Of a DNA stretch of 64,000 bases, positions 39,170-53,289 are shown in pieces. The stretch comes from Okamejei kenojei (Eukaryota), in assembly GCA_035221665.1 (NCBI GenBank), contig CM069153.1, forward strand, positions 33,790,001 to 33,854,000. The letters are read 5' to 3'. Each line of letters begins with the position of its first letter. The stretch's first letter is position 1. The notes beneath the pieces are model-generated. The model searched no databases. It had not been told where the DNA came from and saw only the letters and a program-made list of their open reading frames with translations. Made by a program: the position numbers and the translations under genes.

Positions 39170-39265
39170 GTCTGAAGAAGGGTTTTGGCCCGAAACGTTG
39201 CATATTTCCTTCGCTCCATAGATGCTGCTGCACCCGCTGAGTTTCTCCAGCACTTTTATCTACCT
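39170..39265 (+). mobile_element. 96-bp Penelope pLTR-derived insertion beginning with a hammerhead-like core
   Basis: gtCTGAAGAagggttttggcccGAAACGTTg...ctccagcacttttatctacct, flanked by 9-bp TSD aggaatact (39161-39169 and 39266-39274). Confidence 0.85.
39172..39199 (+). ncRNA. Putative minimal type I hammerhead ribozyme (Penelope type)
   Basis: CUGAAGA, then A-GGGUU/GGCCC stem II, GAAA, and palindromic AACGUU as minimal stem III with a GUU triplet. Stem I is only about 2 bp. Activity is untested. Confidence 0.5.
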
Positions 39266-39802
39266 AGGAATACTTTCAACTGCAATTATGTAGAATGCAC
39301 ACTTTGAGGAATTATTACTTACAATCGCTGCCTGGTTTAAGAAGCTACTTTAAAGCTAGCTCTTTGACCAAGCTTTGTCCCCGTTGTCTCAATGTCAAAT
39401 TTTAACTTATTATGTTCATGTAAATTATCGAGGGGTGTTTTATTACACTAATTGGACTCTAATTTCAGTTGTTAATGCATGAACGAGCAGGTGATCAAAA
39501 GGTTTGCTTTATGTATCGCTTGTGAATCAAAGGAATGCGCGAATCTAGTGCAGACACACAATTAAAAATGATTGATGAGAGAGCAGGGCTGAGGCCACTG
39601 AGGCTACACCTGTGTCACATTTGCAGAAGTGCAGTTGTTCAGCAGGCATTTTGAACCTGACCAAAATGGCTTTGTCAATAAAGGTCCCTGGCTTCCTTTA
39701 AATTTATAATGTCCTTAAGTAAAATTTGGCATGATATTTTGGATTGCAGCTACCTGAATTAAGTGACTAGCCCCTTAATATAAATTTCCATAATCAGTTC
39801 CT

Positions 39803-40110
39803 GTTTAGAAATGCAGCACGGAAACAGGCCCTTTGGCCCTCCGAGTCCATGCCGACCATCGATCACCTGTTCGCACTAGTTCTGTTACCTAAATTTCTGA
39901 TCCACTCCCCACACATTAGGGGCAATTTTGCAGAGGCCAATTAACCTAAAACCTGCTTATCATTGGGATGTAAGAGAATACTGGAACCCCCAGAAGAAAC
40001 CCACACAGTCACAGGGAGAATGTGCAAACTCCACAAGACAGCGCTCGAGGTCAGGATCAAACCCAGCTCTCTGGTACAGCAGCAGCTTTACCAGCTGCGC
40101 CAGTGTGCCG
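39803..40110 (-). mobile_element. tRNA-derived V-SINE (HE1-like)
   Basis: Reverse complement of the 26242 family. Confidence 0.85.
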
Positions 40111-40902
40111 CGCGTCATTCTTGTTGTCCATTTTATGGAAGTGGTCTGGATTTTGTAATGGCAGTGAAATGATAGAAAGATCCAAAGATCCAGTGCCATC
40201 GACGTCCCTTACACAAGCTCAGTTGCTCAACAGCATCAATTGAAAGGGGTTCCCTGGTGTACAGCAGCCAGATGTCAAGTTAGCTGAGTAACTACTTCAG
40301 AATAGTTCACAGACAGCAATCCATTAAGGAACCGGCACAACTTTCATCTCGTCTTACAAACTAAATAAATAAATATTGGATAGGAAATGAAAAATAAGGT
40401 GCAAATTGAAATATAAACTCGTCATCAGCAAAAAATTAAAATGCATTATATATTGAATTATTTAAGCAAGATAATTAAAAGGAACTCAGCCAGAAATTAT
40501 TGTAATTCAGCTGATCTTAGCTGACATTTTTGTTATCAAAGTACTTTTTCTTTGGTGCTCCCCCCCCCCCCCCCCCACTGATATCCAGACCCAAAACATG
40601 AGCTGCTGATTTTCAACACCTACCCCTACTCCAATCCAAGTGGAAGGTGTAAAGTTTCATTCCTGCCTTCGCCCAACCATAGGCTCAACCCTGACTCCCA
40701 CTGATGGTTTACCATGGCTGCCAACCAATACCAAAGAGGCCTCAAACTGGCCTCTTTAGGAATAAAATAATAGGAGTAGACTATTTAGCTTTGCAAGCCC
40801 AATACTCTGCTCTATGAGATCGCCGCTGATCTGTGGACTAACAAGATGACATTGGATAACCATCTTGACAACTCCATACACCATTGACATTAGAACTATG
40901 CC

Positions 40903-41000
40903 GAAGATAGACACAAATTTCTGGAGTAACTCAGCGGGACAGGCAGCATCTCTAGAGATAAGGATTGGGTGACGTTTCAGGTTGATACCCTTCTCCAGTC
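40903..41000 (-). repeat. pLTR-derived short repeat fragment with degenerate hammerhead core
   Basis: gaagatagacacaaa...gtaactcagcgggacaggcagcatc...gtgacgtttcaggttgatacccttctccag. Further decayed copies lie at about 360-510, 27130-27200, 29120-29280, 42960-43100, 43815-43930, 44205-44330, 55325-55430 and 57815-58000. Confidence 0.7.
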
Positions 41001-42654
41001 TATGTCACGCAGATAGCCACCATTTGGATAGCTGCCACCAGGATTGGCCACCTCTACATCAAAAATTAGGGCACATAGTACCTAGGTTTCCCATGATATT
41101 GTTAAGCATTATAAACCAATAAAGTAATCATGACATGGAAATGTCTTGGTACTTTATGCAATACCGAGCAACTTTTGGCTCCTTCACACAGAGATGAAGA
41201 AAGCTTTGAAGTTTACCAGAGGTTTATTCACCTCAGATGCTATGGATTTGCATATCCTCCTTATAGACCATGCATGATTCCCCAGGTCCTCTGGATTCCA
41301 CCCACATCCTAAAAATGTGCAACTTGTTAGGCTAATTGGCTACTGTAAATTACTCCTGGTGTAGATAGGTGGTGAGAGAATCAAGAGGGTCATTAATGGG
41401 CATGTGAGAGAGATAGGTTACAGGGAGAGAAATGGGATTGATTGGTTTGCTCTGAAAACTGGCATGGACTCGATGGCCAAATGACCTCCTTAATGGCATT
41501 AAAAATATGTACATTATGAATTTGCACCTCACCTTAAACTTGCAGTTGTCAGACTCTGAGATAATTGTTACCAATTGCCAAAAATGGAGTTGAGCACTAA
41601 GGACTGAAGTAAGATTTGAATCAAAGGAAATGGGGCACTTGACGCCAAAATTCTTACCCAAGAAGCAGAACAGAGCCAAAGGGCTACAGCGCATTCTTAT
41701 TCCTATATTTAAAAATATTATTATTACAAGTATATGCTTGTTACTGAACTATATATTCCATACCAGAGATACAAGAAAGAACATAATTGCAGTTGTTGAA
41801 TTTATGATGGATTTGCTTCAAAGTATTGTGAGAAATGATTTTTGAGAATTCATATTCTGACAATGGTTTTCAACTTCATTTTTCCATATTCTTACATTGG
41901 AATGGGGACTTCACTGGTTAGACTCACATTTATCGTACATCCAACAATTGTTCTTGAGAGGAGGTGGCGAGCCATCATTCTGCACAGCTTTTCTTTCTGG
42001 TGAAGATGTCCCCATTGGTGCTGTTGGGATGGCAATACATCAACTTCGGGTTATCAGAAAAATATTAACAGTGTTCTCAGTCAAGTACTGTCTTGATGTC
42101 AAGGACAGTCACCCTCACCCTGTGTGTAGCATGTAGCACTTTGATCCATGTTTGGACCAAGGCCGTGAGAAGGATTGGAGTCCTGGCATTGAAGAGCAGG
42201 TTGCTGGTGACTAAGTAATCCTTGATAGCAGTTTTGTTTGCATGTTCAATAAATATACAGATGAATGAAAGTAAACTAATTGGTTGGTAATTTGCTGGAT
42301 TTGATTTACACTGCTTTTTGTGGACAAGACATGTCCAGGCAGTATTCCACCTTGTTGGGTGGATGTCAATGTTGTAACTATAACCAAATCAGCTTGGTTA
42401 GAGGATGGCTAGTTCTGGAGATTTGTAGTCACTATAATCATATGTTATCTGATCCTATAGCCATTGCTGTATCCGGTGATCACAGACATTTGCTAATATC
42501 ATGCGGAACAAATTAAGCAGACCATCTTCCCTGATGGGGGAGGATTACAGGAGGAAGCTGAGATGGATCAGCTCCTCATTTTTCCTGGCTAAACGTGGCT
42601 GCAAATGCTTCAGACTTGCATTTAGCACTAAGATGCAAGGCCGCTCTGAGCTGC

Positions 42655-42946
42655 AACCTCACGGTGCCAGAGTACGAAGTTTGATCCTGACCTCGGGTGC
42701 TGTCTCTGAGTCTATTGCAAGTTCTCCCTGTGACCACGTGGGTTTCCTCCGAGCGCACCAGTTTTCTCTCACATCCCAAAGACGTGCAAGTTTGTAGGCT
42801 AATTGACTTCTGTAAAGAAAATGCCCCAAATGTGCAGGGAGTCGAGGCAAAAGTGGGATAAACCAAAACTAGCGTGATCAGTGGTTAGCGTGGATCCGGT
42901 GGCCCAAAGGACATGTTTCCATGGTGCATCCCAAAACTAAACTAAA
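42655..42946 (+). mobile_element. tRNA-derived V-SINE (HE1-like), 5' degraded
   Basis: gtttgatcctgacc...ttctccctgtgaccacgtgggtttcctcc...ctaaactaaa tail. A partial copy also lies at about 41255-41495. Confidence 0.8.
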
Positions 42947-45249
42947 CCGCACCTCTTTATACTGGCAGTCTCTCCTGTACCCTCTGCCCTGTAATGTTGA
43001 CTATCCATTTGACTCCACAAATGCTGTTTGACCGGCTGAGTTCCTCCAGTAGTTTTTTTTTTCATGCTCCAGTTTCCACCTTCTGCAGTATCCCTTGTGT
43101 ACCTTGAAAATGGATTTGAAAATAAATGCTCAAAGTACACTTCCTTGCTTCAACTTGTAAAATCAGACGAAAAACAATATCTTGAGTGGAAAATGGATTT
43201 AAAAGGACCCACGGACATCCGATTATATAATTTGTATGCGTTGATCGATGTTTATAACTAGCAGTCAGGGATTTTGGAATGGGGCCAAATCACTCCAAAG
43301 GGAGTTAGACTTCAATGAAATATGAGTGGCAAAGAAACATTTATAGCTGTTGGTCAACTCTGAGAATTTGTGCATGGAGATTGCAGTACAAATGCATTTT
43401 GTGGTTGGTAATTAAAACTGCAGTCAGAAAGCCCCAACTAAAGAGGTGTTTAATGAGCCACACAAAAAGAGGTACAAGATCCTTGTGGACTAGTAGCTTG
43501 ATTACTGATGCCAGAGTGGCAAATCTATACTACTTCCAGATTGACAGCATAATCAATCACGTTTTCTCTAGCCAACTACAAGTGTGCAGTTGGAACTGGG
43601 TAGCAAAGTACAATCTCTTAGCTTCCAACAATCACATTTACATTCAGCCATGGACTGATACAGTCAGGATCTCTTTGGGAGGTACATCTAAAACCTAGTT
43701 AAAGGTGTGGTTAGAACCTGGATTCCAAGCAAGCCAGCAAGCACCAAGTGTCACTACATTGTAAGGTGTTGTAATGTTGCCAAGTTGCTCAGAGATATTC
43801 CTTTAAACTGGAGTCACAAGAGATTGTAGATGCTCGAACCTAGTGCAACGAATTGATGGAGGAACTCAGCATGTTAAGCAGCATCCGTAGAGGGAAATGG
43901 ATAGTCATTATTTCGGGTTGGGACTCTTTGCCCATGTAATACCATTCATCCTTTATAGAAAGATTTTTGTGTAGAAGATCACTTTTGACCGCGTTAATGT
44001 GGCAGTGGTTGACACAGCATGCCCTACAGGCCCAATGAGACAAGGATTGATGGACACTGTGAGACGGTTTACTGCACAGTCAAAGTCATTCGGCAGGTTG
44101 CTTCAATTCCAGAACTCTCAAACAAGCACTGGAGCTTTGCTTGGATTGTGGCAAGATGCACCCACCCCATCAGATCCTTCATGTACAAATGGAGTCTGAA
44201 TGGGGATCCAAGGAACAGCAGATGTTGGAATTTGAAGTAAAACACAAACTGCTCGAGTAACTCAGTGGGTCAAGCAGTATTTGTGAAGGGAATGGATAGG
44301 CGATGTCTTGGGTCAGAACCCTTCTTCAGGCTCTTTGTCACCTAAACTTGACATTCAGTGGCAATATCACTGCAATGTTTCCCACTTTAAGCATCCTGGG
44401 GATCCTCGTTGGCTGGACACTCAACTACACTAGCCACTTTAATGCTGTGTCTGCAAGAACTATCAGGTTATGTATTCTGTGGCAAGACATCACAGAGTCT
44501 GAGGCTTTCTGATATCCTAGAGTCTTTCCACAATCTACAAGGCATAATTCAGAAAGATGATAAAATAATCTTGTTTCACATAAGTTTCACCAGGTAATAC
44601 AAAGCAGCTGATTTGATTGGTGCCCAGTCCGTCACCTTAAGCACTAATTCCTTTCTCCATGACACATTGTGACTGCGGTATGTACCGCCCATGTACCGCA
44701 CTACAGTTACTCAACCAAACTACTATGGGAGAACTTTCCAAACCTGTGACGTATTTTGCTGAGGGCGACAGGTGCATGGAACACCACCACCTGCAGTTAA
44801 TCCTTCAATTTGCACACTCTGCTCACATTAGTATTGGTACATCTTTGTCATGATTGGATCTAAATTATGGCAGTACCTTCCCCGAAGGATTGCAGTATCT
44901 CCTTTTCTGGGGCATTTAGGGAACATAATAAATGCTGGTTTTGCCAGCTATGCCCAATTCCCCTAAACGGAAAATAATCTCAAAGATCGCTCAAACAATT
45001 GAGATTTTCCGGGGGTTGGAATGAATGTGGTCCAGGTTTCCGATCCAATGAGGAGCTATTGAAGATCTCTTCTTTGACGGCAGTAAAAAAAAATGAAGCT
45101 TTGATGATTTCCTGACAGAAAGTATTTGCAAGAGCACTAAAAACCTCATTCTGTCCCAGTAATATCAACTTCGTCTCTAATCAAAACACTCACTCCAATG
45201 ACCTCCAAGCAATCTCAGGAAAGATGTGTCCGTTTTGGAGTTTACGACA

Positions 45250-47350
45250 TTCATTGACACTGGAAGGATATCTGTAAAGAACTCAACTAAGACTCTCTAC
45301 CTGATGTGAAGGACTATGATGGCATCCACAATATACAGTCTCATCACTACCTAATGTAACATAAAGGCCCTATGACAACTAATAAATAACAAGGCCCCTG
45401 AAACATATGATATCCAAAGTTCTAAAGCTTGGTTGATGGGAACTTGAGATACATATTCATGAGCCTCATCATCCTAGGAAGAAAATTATATGTTAATGAC
45501 CTCAGAGGAATCATATTCATAATCTTCTTCAAGTAAGAATAAGTTTCTGAATGTGGTTCTATAGAAGGACCTCCTGCTCTATACCACATGGAAAGTCATC
45601 ACAAGGTTATAGCATCTCAATCCTCTCCTTCCAGTAATTGAATAGCTGCTTCGTAAACCACATTAATGATTCCACCTGCCTTCCACATGATCTTCACCAG
45701 ATGGAAACTTAAGGAAAATACAGAGATCCGCATCTATAAGTATGGGCAGGCATTTTTGACCTAACAAAAGCCTTTGACTATGTCAATCATGAAATTGATA
45801 TGGGCCTAAAGGGCAAAATGGGACAAGCTGAAATGGAACATTTTGGTCAACGGATGAGTTGGTCCAAAGGGCCTATTTCCATGCTGTATGCTCTATGTCT
45901 CAGAAATGTGGGAAGAATCATTTTTAGATTTGGCAGCACTTGGTCTCCATAGTATGTATGCCACATGATGGCACATGAACTGTGATTACATATAATGGAC
46001 CCTCTGCAGAACTAATCATATTGTAAGCTGGGGTCAAAAAAGGCTGAATAAGCACAGATACTTTCCTCAGTATTTCTTTTCATTAGGTTGCACTTCATTA
46101 ACAAGCTTCCCCGTGGTTATCAAAAATTGCAGCAGGATCTTGATCAATTGGACAGGTGGACCAAAGAATGGTTATTGGAGTTTATTAATACAGATAAATG
46201 CGCAGTATTGTATTTTGAGAAGTCAAACCAGGGCAGGACATGCACAGTGAATGGTAGGGCTCTAGTGAGTGTTGTAGAGCAGAGGGATCAAGGAGTGCAG
46301 GTACATGGTTCCTTGAAAGTAGCATAACAGGGAGATATGGTGTCAAGAAGGATAGGAAAGGATACAAGGATAGGAAAGGATTAGAAGGATTATGCAAAAT
46401 GCAGGCAGGTGGGACTAATGTAGATAGGGCATCTTGGTTGGTGTGGGCGAATTGAGCCGTAAGTTCTGTTTCCATGCTGTATGACTCCATGACTCAGTGG
46501 AGTGAAGCTAACATATAGGAAGAAAGGAAAAATGGTCAGCTTCTATCACCTGCACTCTTGGACCAAGGTCACTACAACTTTAGCCATTGTGCTGGAGTGC
46601 ATAAGTGATGTTTGCATATGTGTACATTCAGTTAGCCAAGCTCCAAATCATCCATAACTTGTTTACCGAAGTATATAAGGAAGGGCCTTACACTTAACAA
46701 CCTCAATAAAGGTCCTCCACTGACCTGCCCCTGCTGTACAATACTATTCACTGTTTCCTCAAAAACTTTCAATATTTCTGAAGATATTTTTCAGCAAAGG
46801 CAGAAATTCATGACATCATCTCGGGCAATGGTACAGCTTTTGACAATTTGTGGAATATAGTTCTCAGAAATCCTGACCTCATTTTCTACCAAGCCTTAGT
46901 TCCCCCACTCTTCTGATAACAGGTGCCCCAAAGCAATGGAGAGTGTCCACTTATATCAGGACAAAATCCTTCAATTCCTATGTCTTTGTTCATTCCCAGG
47001 CCAACAATCCCAGAATTGAAGCACTAAAGATATTGAGTCAGTTCACGATATGTTGGTGGATTGAGCATGTCTTGCACCTGACTCCCAGATAAGGTATTTG
47101 ACTGAGAGATTACCATGTGGACAGAGGAAACGTTTCAAGGCTATTCTCAAAGTCACTGTAGAAAAAAAAAATAATAGCATCACAGATTTGTGGGATCTGT
47201 GGCTGATGACTGCTTAAAATAGAGCAAAGGCACTGATTATCGAACCTCATCTCTTCATCAGCAGAATATCTGACAGGAAAAGCAAGTGTCACCTCTCAAG
47301 CTGCCCACCTGCCTGTTAAAATATCACCTGCCACACTTACGGTTGAGTTC
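45250..47350 (+). mobile_element. Highly decayed RTE-like LINE with CR1 fragments inserted
   Basis: 45755-45793 translates to FDLTKAFDYVNHE (non-LTR RT motif 3). Patchy remnants either side; boundaries approximate. Confidence 0.45.
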
Positions 47351-48042
47351 CATATTGCCCTCATTGCCCACTCAAAGCCTACAGAACTAGACTGGGAGCA
47401 TCCTCAATTCTGAGGGTCTATCGAAGAAGAGTTGCTTTGAAGCAACTTAATATTTAATATGCCTCGCTCTAAAATTATTGTTTCATACTCAAGGCATCAA
47501 TATACTGTAATTGGAAAGGTAAAATAATTGACAGGATCATGGCTTCTTGCTTATCTCCTTGAATGAAGAGCAAAATGGTAAAGAACATGGCAAAATTAAA
47601 AAAATAGTTTAGCTTTCAGGCTGAATGTAAACATTTAACCAGACTTTTCTTATGAAGACAGGTGTTATCCTTCTTTTGAGAAACTTAATTAATTCAGTGC
47701 AGATGTCCAATGTATATCGCTGGGATTGTGCTTGTCAATGCATTTAATTACTGTCAATGACAACTTTGCCTGTGGTGCTTATAATTAATCTTAACTCTGG
47801 CTGTGTGGGATGGTGCAATCCCTAGAAATGGGTTTAAAAAGCACTGTCTTCTTAATTCTATGCAATGGAAAATCAATATCTTTCATTGTTCATAGACCCG
47901 GTTATAATGTGAGGATTATGTGGTTTGGAAGGTTATGCGTAGCAGACTATCACAGCACATGCATATTAAACATATATCAAATCATGTGTGAGCAATAAAG
48001 TAGCATCAGGAAACCTCTGAAATGTGTTTGAAAACCTCAATT

Positions 48043-48990
48043 CCCCTTGTCCTTATCTTTCACCCCACCTGCCTCCGCATACAACACATTATTCTGCATC
48101 ATTGACGCCTCCTTCAATATGATCCCATCACCAGTCACATCTTCCCATCTCCACCCCTTTCCTCTTTCCGCAGAGCACACTCCCTCTGTAATTCTTTGGT
48201 CCACTCAACCGTTCCCACCCAAAACCACCCCCTCCTCAGGTACTTTCCCCTGCAAACGGAGGAAATGTAACACCTGTCTGTACACCTCCATTCAGGGACC
48301 CCAGCAGCCCTTCCAGGTGAGACATAGGTTCACATGCACCATCTCTAACCTCATCTAGTGCATTTGGTACTCCGAACGTGGCCTCCTTTACATCAGCGAG
48401 ACCAAGCGTGGACTAGACGATTGTTTCACCAGACACTTGCACTTGGTCTGTCAGTGCTTGCTGGACTTACCAGTTGCTAACCATTTCCCACACCTATTCC
48501 CATACTGACCATTCTGTCTTGGGTCTTGGAGGAACACCGCCTCATACTCTGCTTGGGTAACGTACAACCCAACAGTATGAACATTGAATTTCCAATTTAG
48601 AAACTAACTAACAACTCCCCCCGCCTCTCTTTTCTCCCCCTCTTCCCTGTGCTCCACGTGGATGCGCACACATTTCTCCCACTATTCTGCCACCTTTTCC
48701 CCATCCCCCGTCCCCTTCCACCTGCATCCTTTTTTCTCACATGATTCAAGCCTCTCTCCTCCTTACAGCCTTGTATCTCCTTTTCATCTCTGGCCTTTGT
48801 CCACCCATCTGTTAATCTACTGTCCTCGCCCCAATTCACCTTGCATTTGCCTGGTTTTGTGCTGCCCCACCTCGATTTTCTTTCTACTACAATCCGTCTG
48901 AAGAAGGTTTCCGACCCGAAACATCATCTATCCAAATTCTCCATAGATGATCCCTGATCCACTGAGTTACTCTAGCCCTTTGTGCTTTTT
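48043..48990 (+). mobile_element. Degenerate Penelope-like element, 3' part
   Basis: Collinear with 21970-22760 (GTFPCKRRKCNTC...QVRHRFTC, ISETKR remnant). Ends in a ctgaagaagg..ccgaaac pLTR tail. Confidence 0.8.
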
Positions 48991-49739
48991 GGCAGAAATG
49001 TGTCTGTGGTTTCAAACCATGAAACCTGGAAACAGAGGCTCTCACAAGAATATTTTCTTTCCATAAGTTTTGGGCACATTTCTCTTTTATTGAGAACAAG
49101 CTTATTATGTCAGATACCTGGGTTCAATTTCAGTTTCCTTTTTGGAAGAATCTTTGAAAGTAGCAAGGAACAGAATATACCCTAGTTATGGGAAGTCAAT
49201 GCCTATACCCAAGGTAACTCAGAAGCATCAGCACAAACCAAGCAGAATGATTTCTGAACCCACATCTAGTGTGCAGCAGATGATGAGCGATCCTACATGA
49301 AGGATAAACCAACTTCACCAAATTACCTGTTACAGAAACATAGATCATTAACAGTAGGAATGACCACCCTACCATTCGTGTGAAGACAAAGTCACACAAA
49401 CCAAGGATACCTTTCATCCTGTTAGGTGGAATGAGCCTCGTAAGAAATATGGTACATTCAGGTAGAACAGATCAGGCAGCTCAAAACTGTGGCACTGTGA
49501 GTCAACAGTAGTTGTAGAAATATATTCCTTTGCAGTCTGTAACCTCATGATGGCCTGTCATATCCTCTGCTTTATTATTAGCTGCAAGAAGACCAAAGCA
49601 GGTGCAGTGAGGACTCAGGCAGGGAATCCTCAATGATGACAGTGCCAAGCATGTGCGTGCCATAGACAGGCTGTGGTATTTGCAATCATATTTAGCCAGA
49701 TGCGCTAAGTGAATTGTTCTACATATGTGATATGAATAT

Positions 49740-50140
49740 GCCTCCGAGCATTGGATGCAGTAAAAACTATGGGACCACACAGCATCTCAGCTGTAATACA
49801 AAAGATCTTTGCTCCAGAAACAGCCAAGCTGTTTCAGTGTAATTACAACACTGGCATTTCACTAACAATGTGGAAAACGAGCCAGGACAAATCCAAGCCA
49901 ACTAATTACCACCCATTCAGTCTACTCTCAATCATCAGCAGTGGGGGGATGCTGTCATTGACTGTGCTTTCAAGCTATTACCCAGTAAATAAAAACTACT
50001 GAAATATATCAAAAAAGTTAAACTTCATAGGTGAGATGAGAGACGCTACCTTTAACATCTAGAGAGCATTTGACCCAGTGTGGCATCACGGAATTCTGGT
50101 AAAACTGGTCAATAGATATCAAAGGGAAAATATTGTGCAA
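49740..50140 (+). mobile_element. Decayed non-LTR RT fragment
   Basis: KS.PTNYHPFSLLSIIS in ORF 49751-50002, then gcatttgacccagtgtggcat (AFDPVWH). Confidence 0.55.
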
Positions 50141-50279
50141 AAGCTTTGGGCCCAGCCAACCTCTCAGTTCCAATACGGAAGATATTTACTCCAGAAATAG
50201 CCAAGAGGTTTCAATAAAATTACAACCCTTTCATCTAATCAACTGTATGGAAAACTGGTTAATGGTTGTTGAATGTTAG

Positions 50280-50920
50280 TCACGGAACTGTGCAGCAGTT
50301 AATTAGGCCCCTCAGGCCATCTTGTAAATGCCGATCAAGTGGGCATTCTTGACGAGTCCCATTTGCCTTCATTTGCACTGTAGTTCTCTAAGCCCTTCCT
50401 CTCAATCCACATCAATGCAAATGTCATTTAAACATCAGAATTATATCTGTTTCTATAGTTTCCTGGCAGCTCACTCCAGATATGGACCACCTGCTAAGTG
50501 AAGAATTTGCCCATGTGGACCCTCTTAAATCTCAACTCATTATGTCCTTTAGTTTTAGAATCGTCTACCTTGGAAAGGGACTGTTCACTTTATCCCATGC
50601 CCGTCATTATCTTTTACATCTCAGTAAGGTCATCCCACAATCTCCTGTGCTCCAAAGAAAAAAGTCTCAGCCTATCCAATCTACCCCTGTAACTCAAGCC
50701 TGCAAGCCCAGGTAACATCCTGGTAACTCACTTTTGCACCCTTTCCAACTTAATGACATCTTTCCTGTATCTGAGTGACCAGAACTGCATACGTGACTCC
50801 AAGTGTGGTCCCACCAGTGACTTGCACAGCTGCAGCATGATGCGCCAATTTCAGCATTCAATACTCTTCCCATAAAGACAAGCGTGCCAAATACTATCTT
50901 CACCACACTGTCACAGGCCT
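50280..50920 (-). mobile_element. CR1-type LINE 3' fragment
   Basis: Same region as 30900-31280 (ctccaaagaaaaaagtctcagcctatcc, aggtaacatcctggt). Confidence 0.75.
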
Positions 50921-53100
50921 CCAAAGCAGCTCACTACCTTCTCAAGGACAACTATAGATGGGCAATAAATATTGGCCTTATCAACAATGACCACAGCCCA
51001 TATATGTATTCAAAAAAATGTAATTGGCTTCTCTTTAACAACATTATAGGCTAAATTGTATCAGATCGCTGTGGCTGCTTTGTTCTGAATAACTTTGAGG
51101 CGGAGTTTAGCAGCGTTCCCAAGAATAACAACCACACCTCTCGATGTTGCATCCATAAGCCAAACCCACAGCACCACCTATATGGCTTGTAACAAGTTAA
51201 GCTTTTAAGTGTTACATTCATATGTACAGAGGTACATTAGATGCACCGGCTATGGCTCTGGCTTGTTAAACTAACCCACCTGCAATTAGTGGCTCCAGAG
51301 CAGAGCAAGAAATAATATATTTCCCTATTTGATCTCCAGTGCTTTCTATACTTCCACACTGAAGATATACAAAGGAAGAAAAGTCAGAGCATGCTGATGA
51401 ATGCACTGCATTGAGCAGGTGAATCTTAAGCTAGCCATCAGTGTGATCCAACTCATTCCACATTAGGCGCACCATACTCCCTGTATTTACTCAACCACTG
51501 AAGCTGCATGTCTCATCTATTTCTATTATTCATTCAGGTACAATTCTAAATTTCAAATCTGCCTTTTACAGTATGTATCACAGCTTGTCGCATTCACACT
51601 ATTTTATCCAATTAACCTTCCTAAATCTGTTGATTCGTAGCGACGTTGCAGAGTTGTGAAGACTCCCATTTGCTCACACTGACAGCATGAACTTAGACAT
51701 GTTAAGCTGCTTTGTGCATCTTTAGCACAAACACTTTTCCTCCAGTTGCTCCTGTCCTTTCTTAAAGGCTTAATGGACCACCATCTCTTTATTAGTTCCA
51801 TACTATGTGGCTGCTCTTCTCTGTGATTATTGGTTTGCTACTTAACTGTTAGACACTACATTAGCATACAAGGCCTTTTGAGTTAGTCTCTTGGAAATCT
51901 GATCAAGTGTGTATATTATTTTCAGTTATTTCCACCTGAAGCAACTAGGCCATCAAGACCACCTCCAATACTGCCTCCCACAATACAATCAAATGATCTG
52001 CTTTCATTCTGTATGATTTGACAGTATTACATAATATTCTGGGAGTTAAATAAAGTCCCTGGTCTATGTGGCTCAGTTCTGCATCAACAGAATGTTCTTA
52101 ACTGGAAATTTACATGCAGCTCATGTTCAGAAGCTTCCTAATGTATGTTATAATGCAGCCACCACCTTTTCTGGTTGAAGTCATGCCAGTTGCATGGCCA
52201 TTTCCACAGGCTATCCACCATAGTACTGCTGACAATTTCCCAGTGTCATTTGTGGATGTGATTCTGTCAGCAATGCATTCAACAGTCATCACTGCCTCAC
52301 GGTGAAAAAATAAGTAATAATGTGCAATCTATAACCTTTATTTCTAATTCCAAGTAAACCGATGATCAAACCCCTCAGCAAATCAGCTGGGAGGCATGAA
52401 TCAAGGGCCACCACTGGGACTCGGGTTTGTTGAACTCTGCATGTGTCAATTTGAGTTTTTTGTACTATGCATGTTTTTTGCGTCATTGCTGGAACTCACA
52501 GTGCTTTCAAAATCGTGCACCACACAGATGTGAGCTCCACTTGAGTAACGACACTGTGTCTGCGAGGTTGTTGAGCGAGATTCGGGGTAAAGCCAAACGC
52601 ATTCAAAGACTTGCTCCAGCTCCCTTACCTTTTCCCTCACCTCTATGGGTATCTTTGTCCTGTGGCTGCAAGGAGGAGAGTTCCCACAGACATCTTGACT
52701 GGCAAAGACACAGCAGCTGTGATCGAGAGCTGTGCTCTGTATATTTAATCAGGGGTAAAAAAACACGGCATGATAATTTAAAGTTAAGTTATTTCACTTT
52801 GCAGTCATTTGGAGATCCTTTCAATGGTCATTAACACTAAAACCAGCATCAGGTGATTTAGTGCAGCAAATAAGGATGAGCTCCAACTTCCAGACATGAG
52901 CTAGTACATTCATCACAGTATTTTATATCAGCTTTTGCTATTTACTTGGCTTTTTCTATTTGACGTTCATTAACATTTGCTCACAGCTGAATTATTTCTG
53001 GTCGACTATAATTTAAACCCACTATCTTGTATCTTAAAATAACATGATTACAGTTACAATCTCCAGTGCTGCATTAAAATCCCAGACATCATCAGATGTC

Positions 53101-53172
53101 ATCCACATTTGGACTGGATCAAATCCACATTTGGACTGGATCAAATCCACGCTTGGACTGGATCAAATCCAC
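53101..53172. repeat. 22-bp tandem repeat, about 3.3 copies
   Basis: Unit atccacatttggactggatcaa. Confidence 0.9.
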
Positions 53173-53289
53173 GATTGTAGTTCTTGCCAGAACATACATG
53201 TGACAGATTAGGTCTACAGTTAAATTGTGTTTGCTTGTAGATGTACTCAATGCATAATAAGTCATTCATTATTCGTTATTCCAAGACAA

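Noticed and set aside
53101-53172. CRISPR-like array
   Set aside because: Head-to-tail repeats without spacers, in a vertebrate intron.
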